Positions 26,287 through 36,095 are shown, counted from the stretch's first letter. The stretch is DNA of 64,000 bases from Candidatus Saccharimonadota bacterium (GCA_013815775.1 JACDFN010000002.1:128717-192716), one strand, 5' to 3'. Program-made: numbers and translations. The notes: generated by a model from the letters alone, not told the origin.

Positions 26287-26771
26287 TGTTTCTTGACCCC
26301 TGTTTTCTTAGCTGCAGGTGTTGGTTTAGTTGCTTTATTTTCAATCGGTTTCTTAGTCGGTTGCTTGACTTCGTTATTTTTAGAATCGGCCTTTTTGATC
26401 TCGGTCTTCTTAATTTCATCCACAAACAATACTTTGGCCATTTGAACATTATCGCCACGTCTAACGGTAGTTCTTTGTATTCGCAAGTGGCCACTGTTGC
26501 GGCCACTAAGCTGAGGGGCTATTTGATCGATCAGTTTATGAGCAGCCTCGAGAGTCATTAACCCATTTATTACCAGGCGACGGTTGTGAAGATCGCCCAC
26601 CTTGGCTTTAGTTATTAATTTTTCGGTATAGCTGGATAATGTTTTGGCTTTTGGCAAGGTAGTTTCGATTGATTCATTCAGCACCAAAGCATCTGCTAGA
26701 CCTTTTATAAGGGCTTGTCTAGGGTCTCTTTCTCTTCCGAATTTTCTACCTTTATAACCGTGGCGGTGCAT
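26283..26771 (-). CDS. rplQ: 50S ribosomal protein L17 with a Lys-rich C-terminal tail
   Basis: L17 core (MHRHGYKGRKFGR..RQALIKGLA..). It overlaps rplM by 4 nt. Confidence 0.93.
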   Translation of the reverse strand: MHRHGYKGRKFGRERDPRQALIKGLADALVLNESIETTLPKAKTLSSYTEKLITKAKVGDLHNRRLVINGLMTLEAAHKLIDQIAPQLSGRNSGHLRIQRTTVRRGDNVQMAKVLFVDEIKKTEIKKADSKNNEVKQPTKKPIENKATKPTPAAKKTGVKKQ

Positions 26772-26781
26772 TTCTGTTCCC

Positions 26782-27723
26782 CTAAAGTTCCAATTCTGCT
26801 ATTTTTTCTTTAACTTCGTCTAAAGCCTTGTTACCAAAGCCTTTTAGGTCTCTCAACTCTGCTTCACTTAGTGATAGTAAGTCTTTTATTGTGTGGATGT
26901 CATTGTTCACCAACGCATTTGTTGTCCTTGCGCTTAAGTTCAGACCCTCTATTGAAGTCATTAACTCTGCCGGTTCTTCGCCACCGTCGCCCAAAGCACT
27001 ACCTTCAGCAGTAATGGGGAGCGAAGCCTCTACGCGGGTCTGTCCGGCAAGTGCGGTGTACTGGTTAACTAATATGGCGGCTGCTTCTTCAAAAGCGTCC
27101 CTTGGCGACAATGAACCATCTGTATCGATAGTGATGAGTAAACGATCTAAATCTGTCATACGGCCCACTCGAGTATTCTCTACTTTGTAGCGAACCCGTA
27201 GTACGGGGGTAAACAAGGCATCTAACATAATCATATCGCTAATCTTTTTACCAGCGCCAGTTTCGTCTAACGCTCGGTAACCACGACCGGTTTCAACGGT
27301 GATATCCATGGTCAGCGATGCCTTGTCGTCGTCTATATTGCAGATTACATGATCTGGATTAACCAGTTCCACATCCGCACTGAGCTGTAAATCCTTAGCC
27401 TTAACAGGTCCCTTACCCTTTTTGGAAAGTCGTAAAGTTTGAGGTTCGTCACTATATAGTTTGAAACGAATACCCTTCAGATTAAGCAAGACTGCTACGA
27501 TATCTTGCTTAACACCCTTGACGGTAGTAAATTCATGACTTGCACCTTCTATTTTAAATGCAGTAACAGTGGCTCCAGCAATGCTAGATAAAAGAACTCT
27601 GCGAAGGCTGTTACCAAGCGTCATACCATATCCGGGTTGAAGTGGCTCAATAATAAATGTAGCAGTAGTTGGACCGTGATCCGTAACCGATGCCAGTGTG
27701 GGGGTGTGAATTAGTTTACTCAT
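26782..27723 (-). CDS. rpoA: DNA-directed RNA polymerase subunit alpha
   Basis: N-terminal domain GYGMTLGNSLRRVLLSSI and a C-terminal domain with LNLSARTTNAL....I.DL. Confidence 0.95.
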   Translation of the reverse strand: MSKLIHTPTLASVTDHGPTTATFIIEPLQPGYGMTLGNSLRRVLLSSIAGATVTAFKIEGASHEFTTVKGVKQDIVAVLLNLKGIRFKLYSDEPQTLRLSKKGKGPVKAKDLQLSADVELVNPDHVICNIDDDKASLTMDITVETGRGYRALDETGAGKKISDMIMLDALFTPVLRVRYKVENTRVGRMTDLDRLLITIDTDGSLSPRDAFEEAAAILVNQYTALAGQTRVEASLPITAEGSALGDGGEEPAELMTSIEGLNLSARTTNALVNNDIHTIKDLLSLSEAELRDLKGFGNKALDEVKEKIAELEL

Positions 27724-27744
27724 AATTATATTTCTCCGCCTCCT

Positions 27745-28362
27745 TTAGCGAGAGTAGTATTCTACGATTAATTGTTCTTTGATATCAGGTTCTGCGTCTT
27801 CTCTAGTGGGTAGCCCGGTGATTGTAATTTCAACTTTCTTGCGGTTTGCCTTTAGCCAGCCGGGGATATCGGCTGGGGCAGGGCTAAGCTCATCAAGGTG
27901 TTTAAAATAATCACTTTTAGCACTAGCACCTCTAAGGACGAAAACATCGCCTGGCTTGACCCTTAAGGATGGAACGTCTACTCGACGCCCGTTCAAGGTA
28001 AAATGTCCATGTGTAGCAAGTTGGCGTGAAGCCCTTCTAGATACTGCAAAACCGGCTCTGTATAGGACGTTGTCAAGTCGCCTTTCTAGATTTTGCAGAA
28101 GTATGGCTCCGGTTTGGCCGGGAGTATTCACGGCTTCTTCCATAAGTTTTGCAAACTGTCTTTCAAGGAGCCCATAAAGTCTTTTTACTTTTTGCTTCTC
28201 CCTAAGCTGCAGTGAATATTGACTAGGTTTATTACGGTAGCCACGGGTTTTTTGTTGCCCAGGTGGTGTCGAGCGCTTAACCAAAGCCTTATGAGCCTTA
28301 GGATGTAGAGCATAACCCTCTCTTCGACTCATTTTTACTATAGATTGCGTGTCTCTGGCCAT
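27745..28362 (-). CDS. rpsD: 30S ribosomal protein S4
   Basis: S4 family: SQYSLQLREKQKVKRLYG, with S4 domain RLDNVLYRAGFA. Confidence 0.95.
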   Translation of the reverse strand: MARDTQSIVKMSRREGYALHPKAHKALVKRSTPPGQQKTRGYRNKPSQYSLQLREKQKVKRLYGLLERQFAKLMEEAVNTPGQTGAILLQNLERRLDNVLYRAGFAVSRRASRQLATHGHFTLNGRRVDVPSLRVKPGDVFVLRGASAKSDYFKHLDELSPAPADIPGWLKANRKKVEITITGLPTREDAEPDIKEQLIVEYYSR

Positions 28363-28377
28363 AATTATTGCTTCCTG

Positions 28378-28830
28378 TTAGTTCCTCTTTGCTTTACGAG
28401 GCCTTGTGCCACCATGGGGCACACCAGTTATATCTTTTAAACTATCAATCTGGACTCTTTGGCCTGATAAAGTTCGGATTGCTGCTTCCCTGCCCATTCC
28501 AATGCCTTTAACGAATACATCAACCTTCTCGAGTCCGTATAATTGTCTTGCAGAGCTAATAGCCTTTTCGGCCGCTATTTGGGCTGCATAAGCTGTTCCT
28601 TTTTTAGAGCCACGAAAGCCGGAGCCTCCTGCACTACCACTTGATAAAGCGTTACCCTTGGTGTCCGTCACAGTTACGATGGTGTTATTGAAGGTAGCTA
28701 GAATATGAATTTGCCCCTGTGGTACGGCACGCCGTTTAGATTTCTTTTTACGAGCAGGTGCTACTACCTCTGCCGCATCTTTAGGAGAGTTTTCATTGTT
28801 TTCTAACTTATCTACTTCTTTATCTGCCAT
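28378..28830 (-). CDS. rpsK: 30S ribosomal protein S11 (short N-terminal extension)
   Basis: S11 core: GQIHILATFNNTIVTVTD..G...SSGSAG..GFRGSKK.T.YAAQ. Confidence 0.95.
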   Translation of the reverse strand: MADKEVDKLENNENSPKDAAEVVAPARKKKSKRRAVPQGQIHILATFNNTIVTVTDTKGNALSSGSAGGSGFRGSKKGTAYAAQIAAEKAISSARQLYGLEKVDVFVKGIGMGREAAIRTLSGQRVQIDSLKDITGVPHGGTRPRKAKRN

Positions 28831-28848
28831 ATAATTTATTCTCCTAAA

Positions 28849-29235
28849 CTATGTCTTAGAAGGTGCCTTTCTAGCGGTTCCCCCGACAGTAATCTTTTTT
28901 CCTCTTCGGGTTCTGGCGTTAGTTCTTGTTCGCTGGCCTCTAGATGGTAAACCAGCCTTGTGCCGAAGCCCTCTATAAGATCCAATATCAGTAAGACGCT
29001 TAATATTACCCATTACCACACGCTGTAGCTCACCCTCAACAGTGTGTTGAGAGGTAATAACTTCTTGGATACGTGATATTTCACTGCCAGTTAAGTCTTT
29101 CACTCGTACTGTACGGTCAATATTGGTAGAGCTTAAAATATCTGAGCTTGCCTTTGGACCGATTCCATAAATATAAGTTAAGGCCACACCAACTTGCTTA
29201 TTGTCCGGAATGCTCACTCCTGAAATTCTAGCCAC
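28849..29235 (-). CDS. rpsM: 30S ribosomal protein S13
   Basis: MARISGVSIP...YIYGIG motif. GTG start. Confidence 0.95.
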   Translation of the reverse strand: MARISGVSIPDNKQVGVALTYIYGIGPKASSDILSSTNIDRTVRVKDLTGSEISRIQEVITSQHTVEGELQRVVMGNIKRLTDIGSYRGLRHKAGLPSRGQRTRTNARTRRGKKITVGGTARKAPSKT

Positions 29236-29243
29236 TTTAAAAC

Positions 29244-29360
29244 TTACCCCTGCCTCTGCTTGTGCTTTGGCTTTAGTTTATTAATTACATAGACTCGGCC
29301 TTTTCGGCGTACAATCTTATCGTCTGGACTAATTTTCTTTACGCTGGCACGCACCTTCAT
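29244..29360 (-). CDS. rpmJ: 50S ribosomal protein L36 (Cys-less form)
   Basis: Hand-translated 38-aa ORF that is too short for the ORF track: [38 protein letters not shown]. It sits in the canonical position between infA and rpsM. Confidence 0.9.
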   Translation of the reverse strand: MKVRASVKKISPDDKIVRRKGRVYVINKLKPKHKQRQG

Positions 29361-29410
29361 GCGGATCATCTCCTTTATTTCGTTGATGACACACTGCTCT
29401 CTAGTAAAAA

Positions 29411-29632
29411 CTAGTTTTTGCGATAGGTTATCCGACCCTTCGTAAGATCGTAAGGTGTCAACTCAACCGTAACGCTGTCACCTGGTACTAAGCGGATGTA
29501 ATGTTTCCGCATTTTACCTGCGACATGAGCTATGATTCTATGACCATTTTCAAGTTCTACCCGAAACTGCGTTCCGGGCAATGCTTCGACTACCGTCCCA
29601 GCCAGTTCAATAACTTCCTTGTCTTTGGCCAT
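29411..29632 (-). CDS. infA: translation initiation factor IF-1
   Basis: IF-1 S1-fold sequence ([36 protein letters not shown]). Confidence 0.95.
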   Translation of the reverse strand: MAKDKEVIELAGTVVEALPGTQFRVELENGHRIIAHVAGKMRKHYIRLVPGDSVTVELTPYDLTKGRITYRKN

Positions 29633-29647
29633 AAATACAACCTGACA

Positions 29648-29676
29648 ATTGTATCAAACAAACCAAGGTGTTGTAA
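29648..29676 (-). promoter_or_regulatory. possible internal promoter for infA (TTACAA-17-TACAAT)
   Basis: Hexamers with a 17-nt spacer in the 60-nt secY-infA gap. Confidence 0.3.
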
Positions 29677-29692
29677 AGTGTTTTTCCGGTTA

Positions 29693-31222
29693 CTATTTTC
29701 TCCTGGGAATCCCGAGCCTCTTAGTCAGGCGTTTCTTTCCGGTAGTTGTTTGTGAAGACTTTAATCCTGGTTCACTGAAGTAGTCTGGCTGCTCGTATTG
29801 ATCATATGTGATCATTAGAGCCCTGGATTCAACTTGGCGCATAGTTTCAAGCGAAACGGCTACAAGAATAAGGACGCTTGTGCCTCCTAGACCTAGAGCT
29901 ATACTCTGGTCTACATAAACTTGAGCAATAATAGGTGTTACAGCTAAAATACCAAGCGCCAAGGCGCCAAAAAAAGTCAGCCTATTGACCGTCCTGCCTA
30001 AATATTTCTCGGTTTGCTTTCCGCTTCGAACATTAGCTATAAACCCACCCTGCTTTTGAAGATTTTCGGCTATCTCCTTTGAATTAAAGGTAATACTGGT
30101 GTAAAAATATGTAAACATGAACACAAGAGCAAAATAAGTTAGTGGGTATACCCAAGGTTTCCAGCCCCCAACTGAAAATGTTTGAGCGGTTGGGTTTTGG
30201 AAGAGGGACGATAGTTGGACTCCTATTTTCTCCCAACGGGTATCAGCGGCTGTAAAAGCAGCACCTTGGCCCTCAGTTAGTAACTGTCCAACAAAGCTCG
30301 GTACGCTCAAAAAAGCCACCGCAAAAATAATGGGTATTACTCCGGCAGTTATTAATTTTACCGGTAAGGTGGTTGTCACGCCTCCGTAGGTACGATTGCC
30401 CTGAACCCTTTTGGCATAATTTACTGTTAATCTGCGAGAAGCTTCGTTAAGCTTCACAACCGCCCAGGTCATAAATATTACAGCCAATATTATTGATACC
30501 ACTGTAATGAAGCCCCGTTGGCTAAAGTCGTAGCTTAAAATTGTTAACTTATCTCCCGGTACTTCTTTTGCCCAAGCTAAACTATTTTTAAGCTGAGATA
30601 TCAACGAGGGCAAACTGCTGACAATGCCGACGGTTATCAGGAGTGAAATACCATTTCCAATCGAACGTTCAGTGATTAATTCTCCAAGCCACATTAACAC
30701 CATAGCTCCACCGGTAAGGGCTCCTATCATCAGGACCCACTGCATAGCTGATGTGTTGGCGGTAATGTCTCCTAACCCTCCTATACTGGATGCTGCCTGA
30801 CGGATGAGATAAATAGTACCTATGGACTGAACTATGGCTAGTGGAAACGTCAGCATGCGCGTGTACTGATTGATGCGCTTGCGACCAAACTCTCCTTCTT
30901 TGTTCATTGCTTCGAGCTTTGGTATAGCCTTAGTCAAAAGCTGCATTATAATTGACGCATTGATGTACGGGCCAAGACCGACAAGCATAATTGAGAAGTT
31001 AGCCAAAGCACCGCCCGATAACACGTTCAAGAAGCCCAAGAGCTGATTAGAGCTTGTTTGAGCCAGTAAATTTTCCAAGACTTGTTTAAGTGTCTGCGGG
31101 TCACTGAGGGGAACTGGTACGAAGGACAGAATACGAAAAACCAGAAGCATCCCTAGAACTGCCAGAATGCGCTTGCGCATTTCGGCGTGACCAAGCGAAG
31201 TAAGTATTATTTTCCAATTCAA
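29693..31222 (-). CDS. secY: preprotein translocase subunit SecY (509 aa, with a C-terminal extension)
   Basis: 10-TM SecY pattern (..RILFTL-like N-terminus, GISLLI, LNEASRRL..). TTG start with a GAGG SD 8 nt upstream. Confidence 0.93.
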   Translation of the reverse strand: MNWKIILTSLGHAEMRKRILAVLGMLLVFRILSFVPVPLSDPQTLKQVLENLLAQTSSNQLLGFLNVLSGGALANFSIMLVGLGPYINASIIMQLLTKAIPKLEAMNKEGEFGRKRINQYTRMLTFPLAIVQSIGTIYLIRQAASSIGGLGDITANTSAMQWVLMIGALTGGAMVLMWLGELITERSIGNGISLLITVGIVSSLPSLISQLKNSLAWAKEVPGDKLTILSYDFSQRGFITVVSIILAVIFMTWAVVKLNEASRRLTVNYAKRVQGNRTYGGVTTTLPVKLITAGVIPIIFAVAFLSVPSFVGQLLTEGQGAAFTAADTRWEKIGVQLSSLFQNPTAQTFSVGGWKPWVYPLTYFALVFMFTYFYTSITFNSKEIAENLQKQGGFIANVRSGKQTEKYLGRTVNRLTFFGALALGILAVTPIIAQVYVDQSIALGLGGTSVLILVAVSLETMRQVESRALMITYDQYEQPDYFSEPGLKSSQTTTGKKRLTKRLGIPRRK

Positions 31223-31279
31223 TCGTTTAGCCTCTACTTTTAATTAAGTATACACGAGGCAGTATAGATTGCAGATGTA

Positions 31280-31756
31280 CTATTCTTTACTCTCAGGTGA
31301 TTTTTTTACTCGACCTTGGCGCTCGGTAATCTTAAAACTGCCGCCAGCTTTTTCTATAGCTGCTACAGCGCCCTGACTGGCCGCTGGCAAACGGACGTCT
31401 TTTTTTACAGTTAACTCTTCGCCGTTGAGTAATAATTTGACATCTGCGTATGGGCTGGATATTAGTTTAGCTTTAGCCAGCTCTTCAACCGTTATTGTAG
31501 TTTTTTTAAATACGGCCAACTGGCCAGTATAAATAACTTCGATCTTGGGGCGTGAACTTTTAAATCCCCGTAGCTTTGGCAACCGCATATATAGAGGCAT
31601 CTGACCACCTTCAAAACCCGGTCGTACGCCGCCACTTTTACGCGCACCTTGTCCTTTAGTTCCACGTCCAGCGGTTTTCCCGCGACCAGCACTTATGCCT
31701 CTTCCCGCCCTAATGGGTTGCTTGTTTTTTTGCAGGGTAAGTTCGTTGTACTTCAT
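31280..31756 (-). CDS. rplO: 50S ribosomal protein L15
   Basis: G/R-rich N-terminus GRGISAGRGKTAGRGTKGQ. It starts 2 nt after the rpsE stop. Confidence 0.95.
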   Translation of the reverse strand: MKYNELTLQKNKQPIRAGRGISAGRGKTAGRGTKGQGARKSGGVRPGFEGGQMPLYMRLPKLRGFKSSRPKIEVIYTGQLAVFKKTTITVEELAKAKLISSPYADVKLLLNGEELTVKKDVRLPAASQGAVAAIEKAGGSFKITERQGRVKKSPESKE

Positions 31757-31758
31757 GC

Positions 31759-32301
31759 TTAATCCGCCTCTTTTTCCTTCGGTTTCTTATTAGCGCTAGA
31801 TGATCTTGTGCTTGTTGTCCATTCGTGTGATGCTTTCATGCTACTAAGGGCGGCCAGCGTAGCGTAGGCTGTGTTTATTCTATTAGAAGAACCTAGGGAC
31901 TTCGATAATGCGTTTTCAATTCCAGATACTTCTAAAACAGTTCGCACAACGCCTCCAGCTATTAAGCCTGTGCCAGGAGATGCCGGGAGAATTAATATAC
32001 GAGCTCCACCTACCTTGCCTTCCACGTCGTGCGTTAGAGTCCCTTTGTATAAAGGTAATTTAACTAGATGTTTCTTAGCAACACTAGTGGCTTTGGTCAC
32101 AGCTGCAGCTACATCCGCTCCCTTGCTAACGCCGACTCCGACCTTGCCCTTATGATCTCCCAAAACAACTAAGGCCTGGAACCGAAATCTTCGGCCTCCT
32201 TTAACCACCCTGGCTACTCTGTTTACATAGACTACCCGTTCATCAAACATCTTTTCCTCGGCTAGGGGCATGCCCCCCCTTGATCTTTGTGAGACAACCA
32301 T
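31759..32301 (-). CDS. rpsE: 30S ribosomal protein S5
   Basis: VNRVARVVKGGRRFRF.ALVV.GD..G.VG.G. Confidence 0.95.
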   Translation of the reverse strand: MVVSQRSRGGMPLAEEKMFDERVVYVNRVARVVKGGRRFRFQALVVLGDHKGKVGVGVSKGADVAAAVTKATSVAKKHLVKLPLYKGTLTHDVEGKVGGARILILPASPGTGLIAGGVVRTVLEVSGIENALSKSLGSSNRINTAYATLAALSSMKASHEWTTSTRSSSANKKPKEKEAD

Positions 32302-32303
32302 AA

Positions 32304-32657
32304 TTAAAACTCCAATCCTTCAGAGCGTGCGGCCTCTGCCAACGCTTTTATTCGCCCATGAAATTTACGGCTTCCGCGATCAAAAACCACTTTTGAAATT
32401 TTTGCTTTAGCTGCTTTTTTGGCTACTTCACTGCCGACCCAAATAGCTTTCTCTGTCAAGGTGCCGCTAACTTTCTGGCCCACAGTGGTCGCATAGACTA
32501 GGCTTTGACTTTTAGTGTCGTCGATAATCTGGGCCGTAACATGTGCGTTACTGATGTTTATCGTCATACGCGGTCGTGTGGCTGTGCCAACTACAACCGC
32601 TCTAACACGGTTAGCTCTGCGAGCTCGGTTTAATTTCTTATGTTTTAAGTAATCCAT
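32304..32657 (-). CDS. rplR: 50S ribosomal protein L18
   Basis: L18 family in the spc-operon position. Confidence 0.93.
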   Translation of the reverse strand: MDYLKHKKLNRARRANRVRAVVVGTATRPRMTINISNAHVTAQIIDDTKSQSLVYATTVGQKVSGTLTEKAIWVGSEVAKKAAKAKISKVVFDRGSRKFHGRIKALAEAARSEGLEF

Positions 32658-32665
32658 TTTTTATC

Positions 32666-33202
32666 CTATTCTTTACCGCTTTTACCGCTTTTACGAAGAA
32701 CCCGCTCATCCGAATAACGGATACCCTTGCCTTTATATGGTTCTGGTTTCTTTAAAGCCCTTATTTCTGCCGCTACCTGACCCACTTGCTGCTTACTAAT
32801 CCCACGGACCGTCAATATGTTTTGCTCAATTGATACCTGTATACCAGTTGGTAGTTTATATAACACATCGTGAGAAAAACCAAGGTTAAATTTCAAAGTC
32901 TCGTCCGCTAGTTGGACGCGGTACCCAACTCCTTGTATCTCAAGTTTTTTTTCAAAACCATTACTAACCCCTTCAACCATGTTGCTCAAAAGAGTTCTCA
33001 TAAGTCCATGCTTTGCTCGAGTACCAGCCTCATCATTTTCCTTAGCAACTAGTAACTTGCTGTCTTCAAGTACAACCTTTAACCCAGGCATCTTAAACTG
33101 CTTTAACGTTCCCTTGGGACCCTTTATTTCTACACCGGCGTTATCTACATTGACTTCTACACTGGCCGGCAATGTGATTGGAAGTTTTCCTATTCTACTC
33201 AT
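32666..33202 (-). CDS. rplF: 50S ribosomal protein L6
   Basis: MSRIGKLPI.LP..V motif; L6 family. Confidence 0.95.
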   Translation of the reverse strand: MSRIGKLPITLPASVEVNVDNAGVEIKGPKGTLKQFKMPGLKVVLEDSKLLVAKENDEAGTRAKHGLMRTLLSNMVEGVSNGFEKKLEIQGVGYRVQLADETLKFNLGFSHDVLYKLPTGIQVSIEQNILTVRGISKQQVGQVAAEIRALKKPEPYKGKGIRYSDERVLRKSGKSGKE

Positions 33203-33212
33203 ATCATCAATC

Positions 33213-33608
33213 CTAGTAAACCTTGGCGATTAACTCACCGCCCAGCCGCTTAGTCATGGCATCGGTGCCGGTCATCACACCTTGAGAGGTAGATACAATC
33301 ACAATGCCGCGACCACGCTTCACAACGGGTATTTTATCGGATTTAACATATAGCCGACGGCCCGGTGTGCTCAGTCGCGCAATTTCAGTAATAGATGCAT
33401 TAGATCCTTCTGGGTTAATACTAATCTGTAGACTTTTACGGTGATTATCTACTTGGACCGACAATGACATTAAAAACCCGCTGTCAACTAAAATTTTGGC
33501 AACTGTTTCTTTAACATTTGAGTGCGGCAGTATTATTTCTGCTTTATTTACCATTATTGCATTACGAATTCTTGTAAACATATCTGATATTGGGTCAGTT
33601 GATACCAT
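33213..33608 (-). CDS. rpsH: 30S ribosomal protein S8
   Basis: DPISDMFTRIRNA motif; S8 family. Confidence 0.95.
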   Translation of the reverse strand: MVSTDPISDMFTRIRNAIMVNKAEIILPHSNVKETVAKILVDSGFLMSLSVQVDNHRKSLQISINPEGSNASITEIARLSTPGRRLYVKSDKIPVVKRGRGIVIVSTSQGVMTGTDAMTKRLGGELIAKVY

Positions 33609-33617
33609 AATTACTCC

Positions 33618-33887
33618 TTACCAACTACTCTTTGTTACTCCAGGAATTTCCCCCCGAGAGGCGTGTTCCCTGAATGCTATTCGGGATAGCCCAAACTGTC
33701 TCATGTAACTGCGTGATCGACCAGATTCACTACATCGATTATTATGGCGGCTAGGGCTCGAATTACGGGGCAGACCAGCTAGGCCTTCATAATCTCCAGC
33801 AGCTTTCATCTCGGCTCGTTTCTCAGCATACTTTTCTATCATTTTTATACGTTTAGCATCTCTGGCAATTATTGATTTCTTGGCCAT
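33618..33887 (-). CDS. rpsN: 30S ribosomal protein S14 (long, Cys-less type)
   Basis: 89 aa, C-terminal [11 protein letters not shown], and no CxxC pairs. Confidence 0.93.
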   Translation of the reverse strand: MAKKSIIARDAKRIKMIEKYAEKRAEMKAAGDYEGLAGLPRNSSPSRHNNRCSESGRSRSYMRQFGLSRIAFREHASRGEIPGVTKSSW

Positions 33888-34466
33888 TTATCTGTCCTCC
33901 TTTTCAAAGGGTAATCCTATTTTTTCAAGTAATAAACGACTGTAGGTTGGGCTTTTTGAACGAAGTACAAAAACTATTTGTAAGCCATGAGCTGTGGCTG
34001 TATCTTCGTATGCTAGCTCAGGAAACACTGATTGATCGGTGAAACCAAGGTTATAATTACCCTGTCGATCGAAGCTTTTGCCACTTACCCCATGAAAGTC
34101 CCGGAGCCGTGGCAGCACTATATTTATAACTCTGTCAGTAAACTCATACATCCTCTCTCCGCGAAGTGTAACTTTAAGACCTATTTTGCTTCCTTCCCGT
34201 AATTTAAAGCTCGCAATGGATTTTTTAGCAATTGTTTCAACGGGCTGCTGCCCGGTTATTTTTCTAAGAGTATTGGCGCCTACCTCTATCAACCGTTTCT
34301 CATCTTTGGCTCGTCCTAGCCCAATATTTACTACTATTTTTTCCAGCCGGGGGGCGTCATGAATATTCTTTAACTTAAGTTCCTTTTGAAGCTCACCGGC
34401 AATCTTTTCGAAGTACTCTTTTTTTAAACGAGCCTCGTAGCTTACTTTAGTCTTAGGAGATGCCAT
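33888..34466 (-). CDS. rplE: 50S ribosomal protein L5
   Basis: L5 family (..PRLEKIVVNIGLG.., FDRQGNYNLG). Confidence 0.95.
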   Translation of the reverse strand: MASPKTKVSYEARLKKEYFEKIAGELQKELKLKNIHDAPRLEKIVVNIGLGRAKDEKRLIEVGANTLRKITGQQPVETIAKKSIASFKLREGSKIGLKVTLRGERMYEFTDRVINIVLPRLRDFHGVSGKSFDRQGNYNLGFTDQSVFPELAYEDTATAHGLQIVFVLRSKSPTYSRLLLEKIGLPFEKEDR

Positions 34467-34798
34467 TACTTTATCTCCTTGCCAGTAGTTTTCATTATTC
34501 GCGTTTTAACTCCGTCTTTGCTTATCTTATAGCCAATCCTCGATGCTTTTTTTGCTACTGCGTCCAGTAATCCTACCTTGCTTACCCAAATAGGTTTTGT
34601 TAGTTCGATGATCCCTCCTTGTGGGTGGGCAGCAGTCGGTTTACGATGTCGTTTTACAACATTAATTCCTTCCACCGTGACTTTATTGAGCTGAGGCTGG
34701 ACTGAAAGAACTTTACCAGTACGGCCTCTATACTTCCCGGAGCGGACTATTACTTTGTCGCCTTTATTGATGCGGATTTTATGTATTTGACGTGTCAT
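34466..34798 (-). CDS. rplX: 50S ribosomal protein L24
   Basis: KOW motif: I.KGDKVIVRSGKYRGRTGKV. Confidence 0.93.
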   Translation of the reverse strand: MTRQIHKIRINKGDKVIVRSGKYRGRTGKVLSVQPQLNKVTVEGINVVKRHRKPTAAHPQGGIIELTKPIWVSKVGLLDAVAKKASRIGYKISKDGVKTRIMKTTGKEIK

Positions 34799-35169
34799 TA
34801 TAGTACCTCCGGAGCCAAAGAAATAATTCGACTATAGCCCTTTTCACGTAGCTCCCTAGGCACAGGTCCGAATATCCGGCTACCTCTGGGTGTTTTGTTG
34901 TCCTCAGCGAGAACAACTGCTGCGTTATCGTCAAACCGAACAGTTGAACCGTCCGCACGCTTTATAGGGCTTCGTGTTCTTACAATCACTGCTTTGACAA
35001 TGCTTTTCCTCTTTACTCCGCCTGCCGGATTTGCCGTTTTTACGCTAGCAACAATAATATCGCCAACTCGAGCGTATCTTCGTCGACTACCCCCAAGTAC
35101 TCGTATACAAAGTAATTGCTTAGCACCGCTGTTGTCAGCAGTCATTAAACGACTTTCTTGCTGAATCAC
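34798..35169 (-). CDS. rplN: 50S ribosomal protein L14
   Basis: MIQQESRL..ADNSGAK motif. Confidence 0.96.
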   Translation of the reverse strand: MIQQESRLMTADNSGAKQLLCIRVLGGSRRRYARVGDIIVASVKTANPAGGVKRKSIVKAVIVRTRSPIKRADGSTVRFDDNAAVVLAEDNKTPRGSRIFGPVPRELREKGYSRIISLAPEVL

Positions 35170-35477
35170 TTAGACCCCTCCGGTTTTGGTTCGTTATCAA
35201 GAACATCGGCGGTGGCGTCTGTTTCTTCAAATCGCACACCCCCACGTTCTAAAATTTTAGATAGTTTAAAGTGCTTTCTGGCACTGATAGGGCGAGTCTC
35301 AGAGATTATGACTCTATCTCCAATTTTTGCATCGTTTTTTTCATCATGAGCCATAAATCTGGTGTTTTTAGTGTATTGTTTCCTGTAGAGTGGGTGTGTC
35401 TTACGGGTGGCCACCGTTATTACGATAGTCTTATCTACTTTGTCGCTTGAAACAACTCCAGTCATAGTCTTTGGCAT
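35166..35477 (-). CDS. rpsQ: 30S ribosomal protein S17
   Basis: G.VVSDK.DKTIV..V......HPLY.K motif. Confidence 0.93.
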   Translation of the reverse strand: MPKTMTGVVSSDKVDKTIVITVATRKTHPLYRKQYTKNTRFMAHDEKNDAKIGDRVIISETRPISARKHFKLSKILERGGVRFEETDATADVLDNEPKPEGSK

Positions 35478-35678
35478 TTACATATCCTCCTTAGATAATT
35501 GCTCGCCTAAAACGGTTAACACACGAGCAAGATCTTTGCGCTTAGTCCTAATTACTCTAACATTCTGAACTTCACCACTATAAAGGCGCCGACGTAGTTC
35601 TACAATCTCATCTCGCAAACTAGAACTTTGCTTGGTAAGTTGGTCAGTGCTCAGTTTACGTACTTCAACAATTTTCAT
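35478..35678 (-). CDS. rpmC: 50S ribosomal protein L29
   Basis: 66 aa L29 pattern between rplP and rpsQ. Confidence 0.9.
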   Translation of the reverse strand: MKIVEVRKLSTDQLTKQSSSLRDEIVELRRRLYSGEVQNVRVIRTKRKDLARVLTVLGEQLSKEDM

Positions 35679-36094
35679 TATTGATCTTCCTTTAGGGTGA
35701 AAAGTGTTTTAACGGGTAATTTGTGAGCAGCAAGCCGCATTGCTTCCCGGGCTACATCTTCTGCTACTCCATCCATTTCGAATAAAACGGTTCCAGGTTT
35801 AACCTTGGCAACAAAAAACTCCGGGTTCCCTTTACCGCTTCCCATCTTTACGTCTTGTGGTTTTCTAGTAACTGGAGTGTGTGGGAATATTCTTATCCAA
35901 ATTTGCCCTCCGCGCTTAACGTGTCGTGTCATGGCTTGACGAGCTGCCTCTATCTGGCGGCTAGTAATACGCTCGCTCTGCTGACTCACAAGAGCAAAAC
36001 GTCCGTAAGCTAACTGATTGAGAGAGCTGGCCGTACCGCCGTGAATACGACCCTTTCGCACTTTTCGGTATTTGGTACGCGAAGGCATTAACAT
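35678..36094 (-). CDS. rplP: 50S ribosomal protein L16
   Basis: [14 protein letters not shown] motif. Confidence 0.96.
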   Translation of the reverse strand: MLMPSRTKYRKVRKGRIHGGTASSLNQLAYGRFALVSQQSERITSRQIEAARQAMTRHVKRGGQIWIRIFPHTPVTRKPQDVKMGSGKGNPEFFVAKVKPGTVLFEMDGVAEDVAREAMRLAAHKLPVKTLFTLKEDQ

Positions 36095-36095
36095 T

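Noticed and set aside
26273-26561. Two overlapping ORFs (77 aa on the minus strand, 94 aa on the plus strand) at the rplQ 3' end.
   Set aside because: They are alternative frames of the Lys-rich L17 tail and the rplM start region. The L17 and L13 frames are clearly the real ones.
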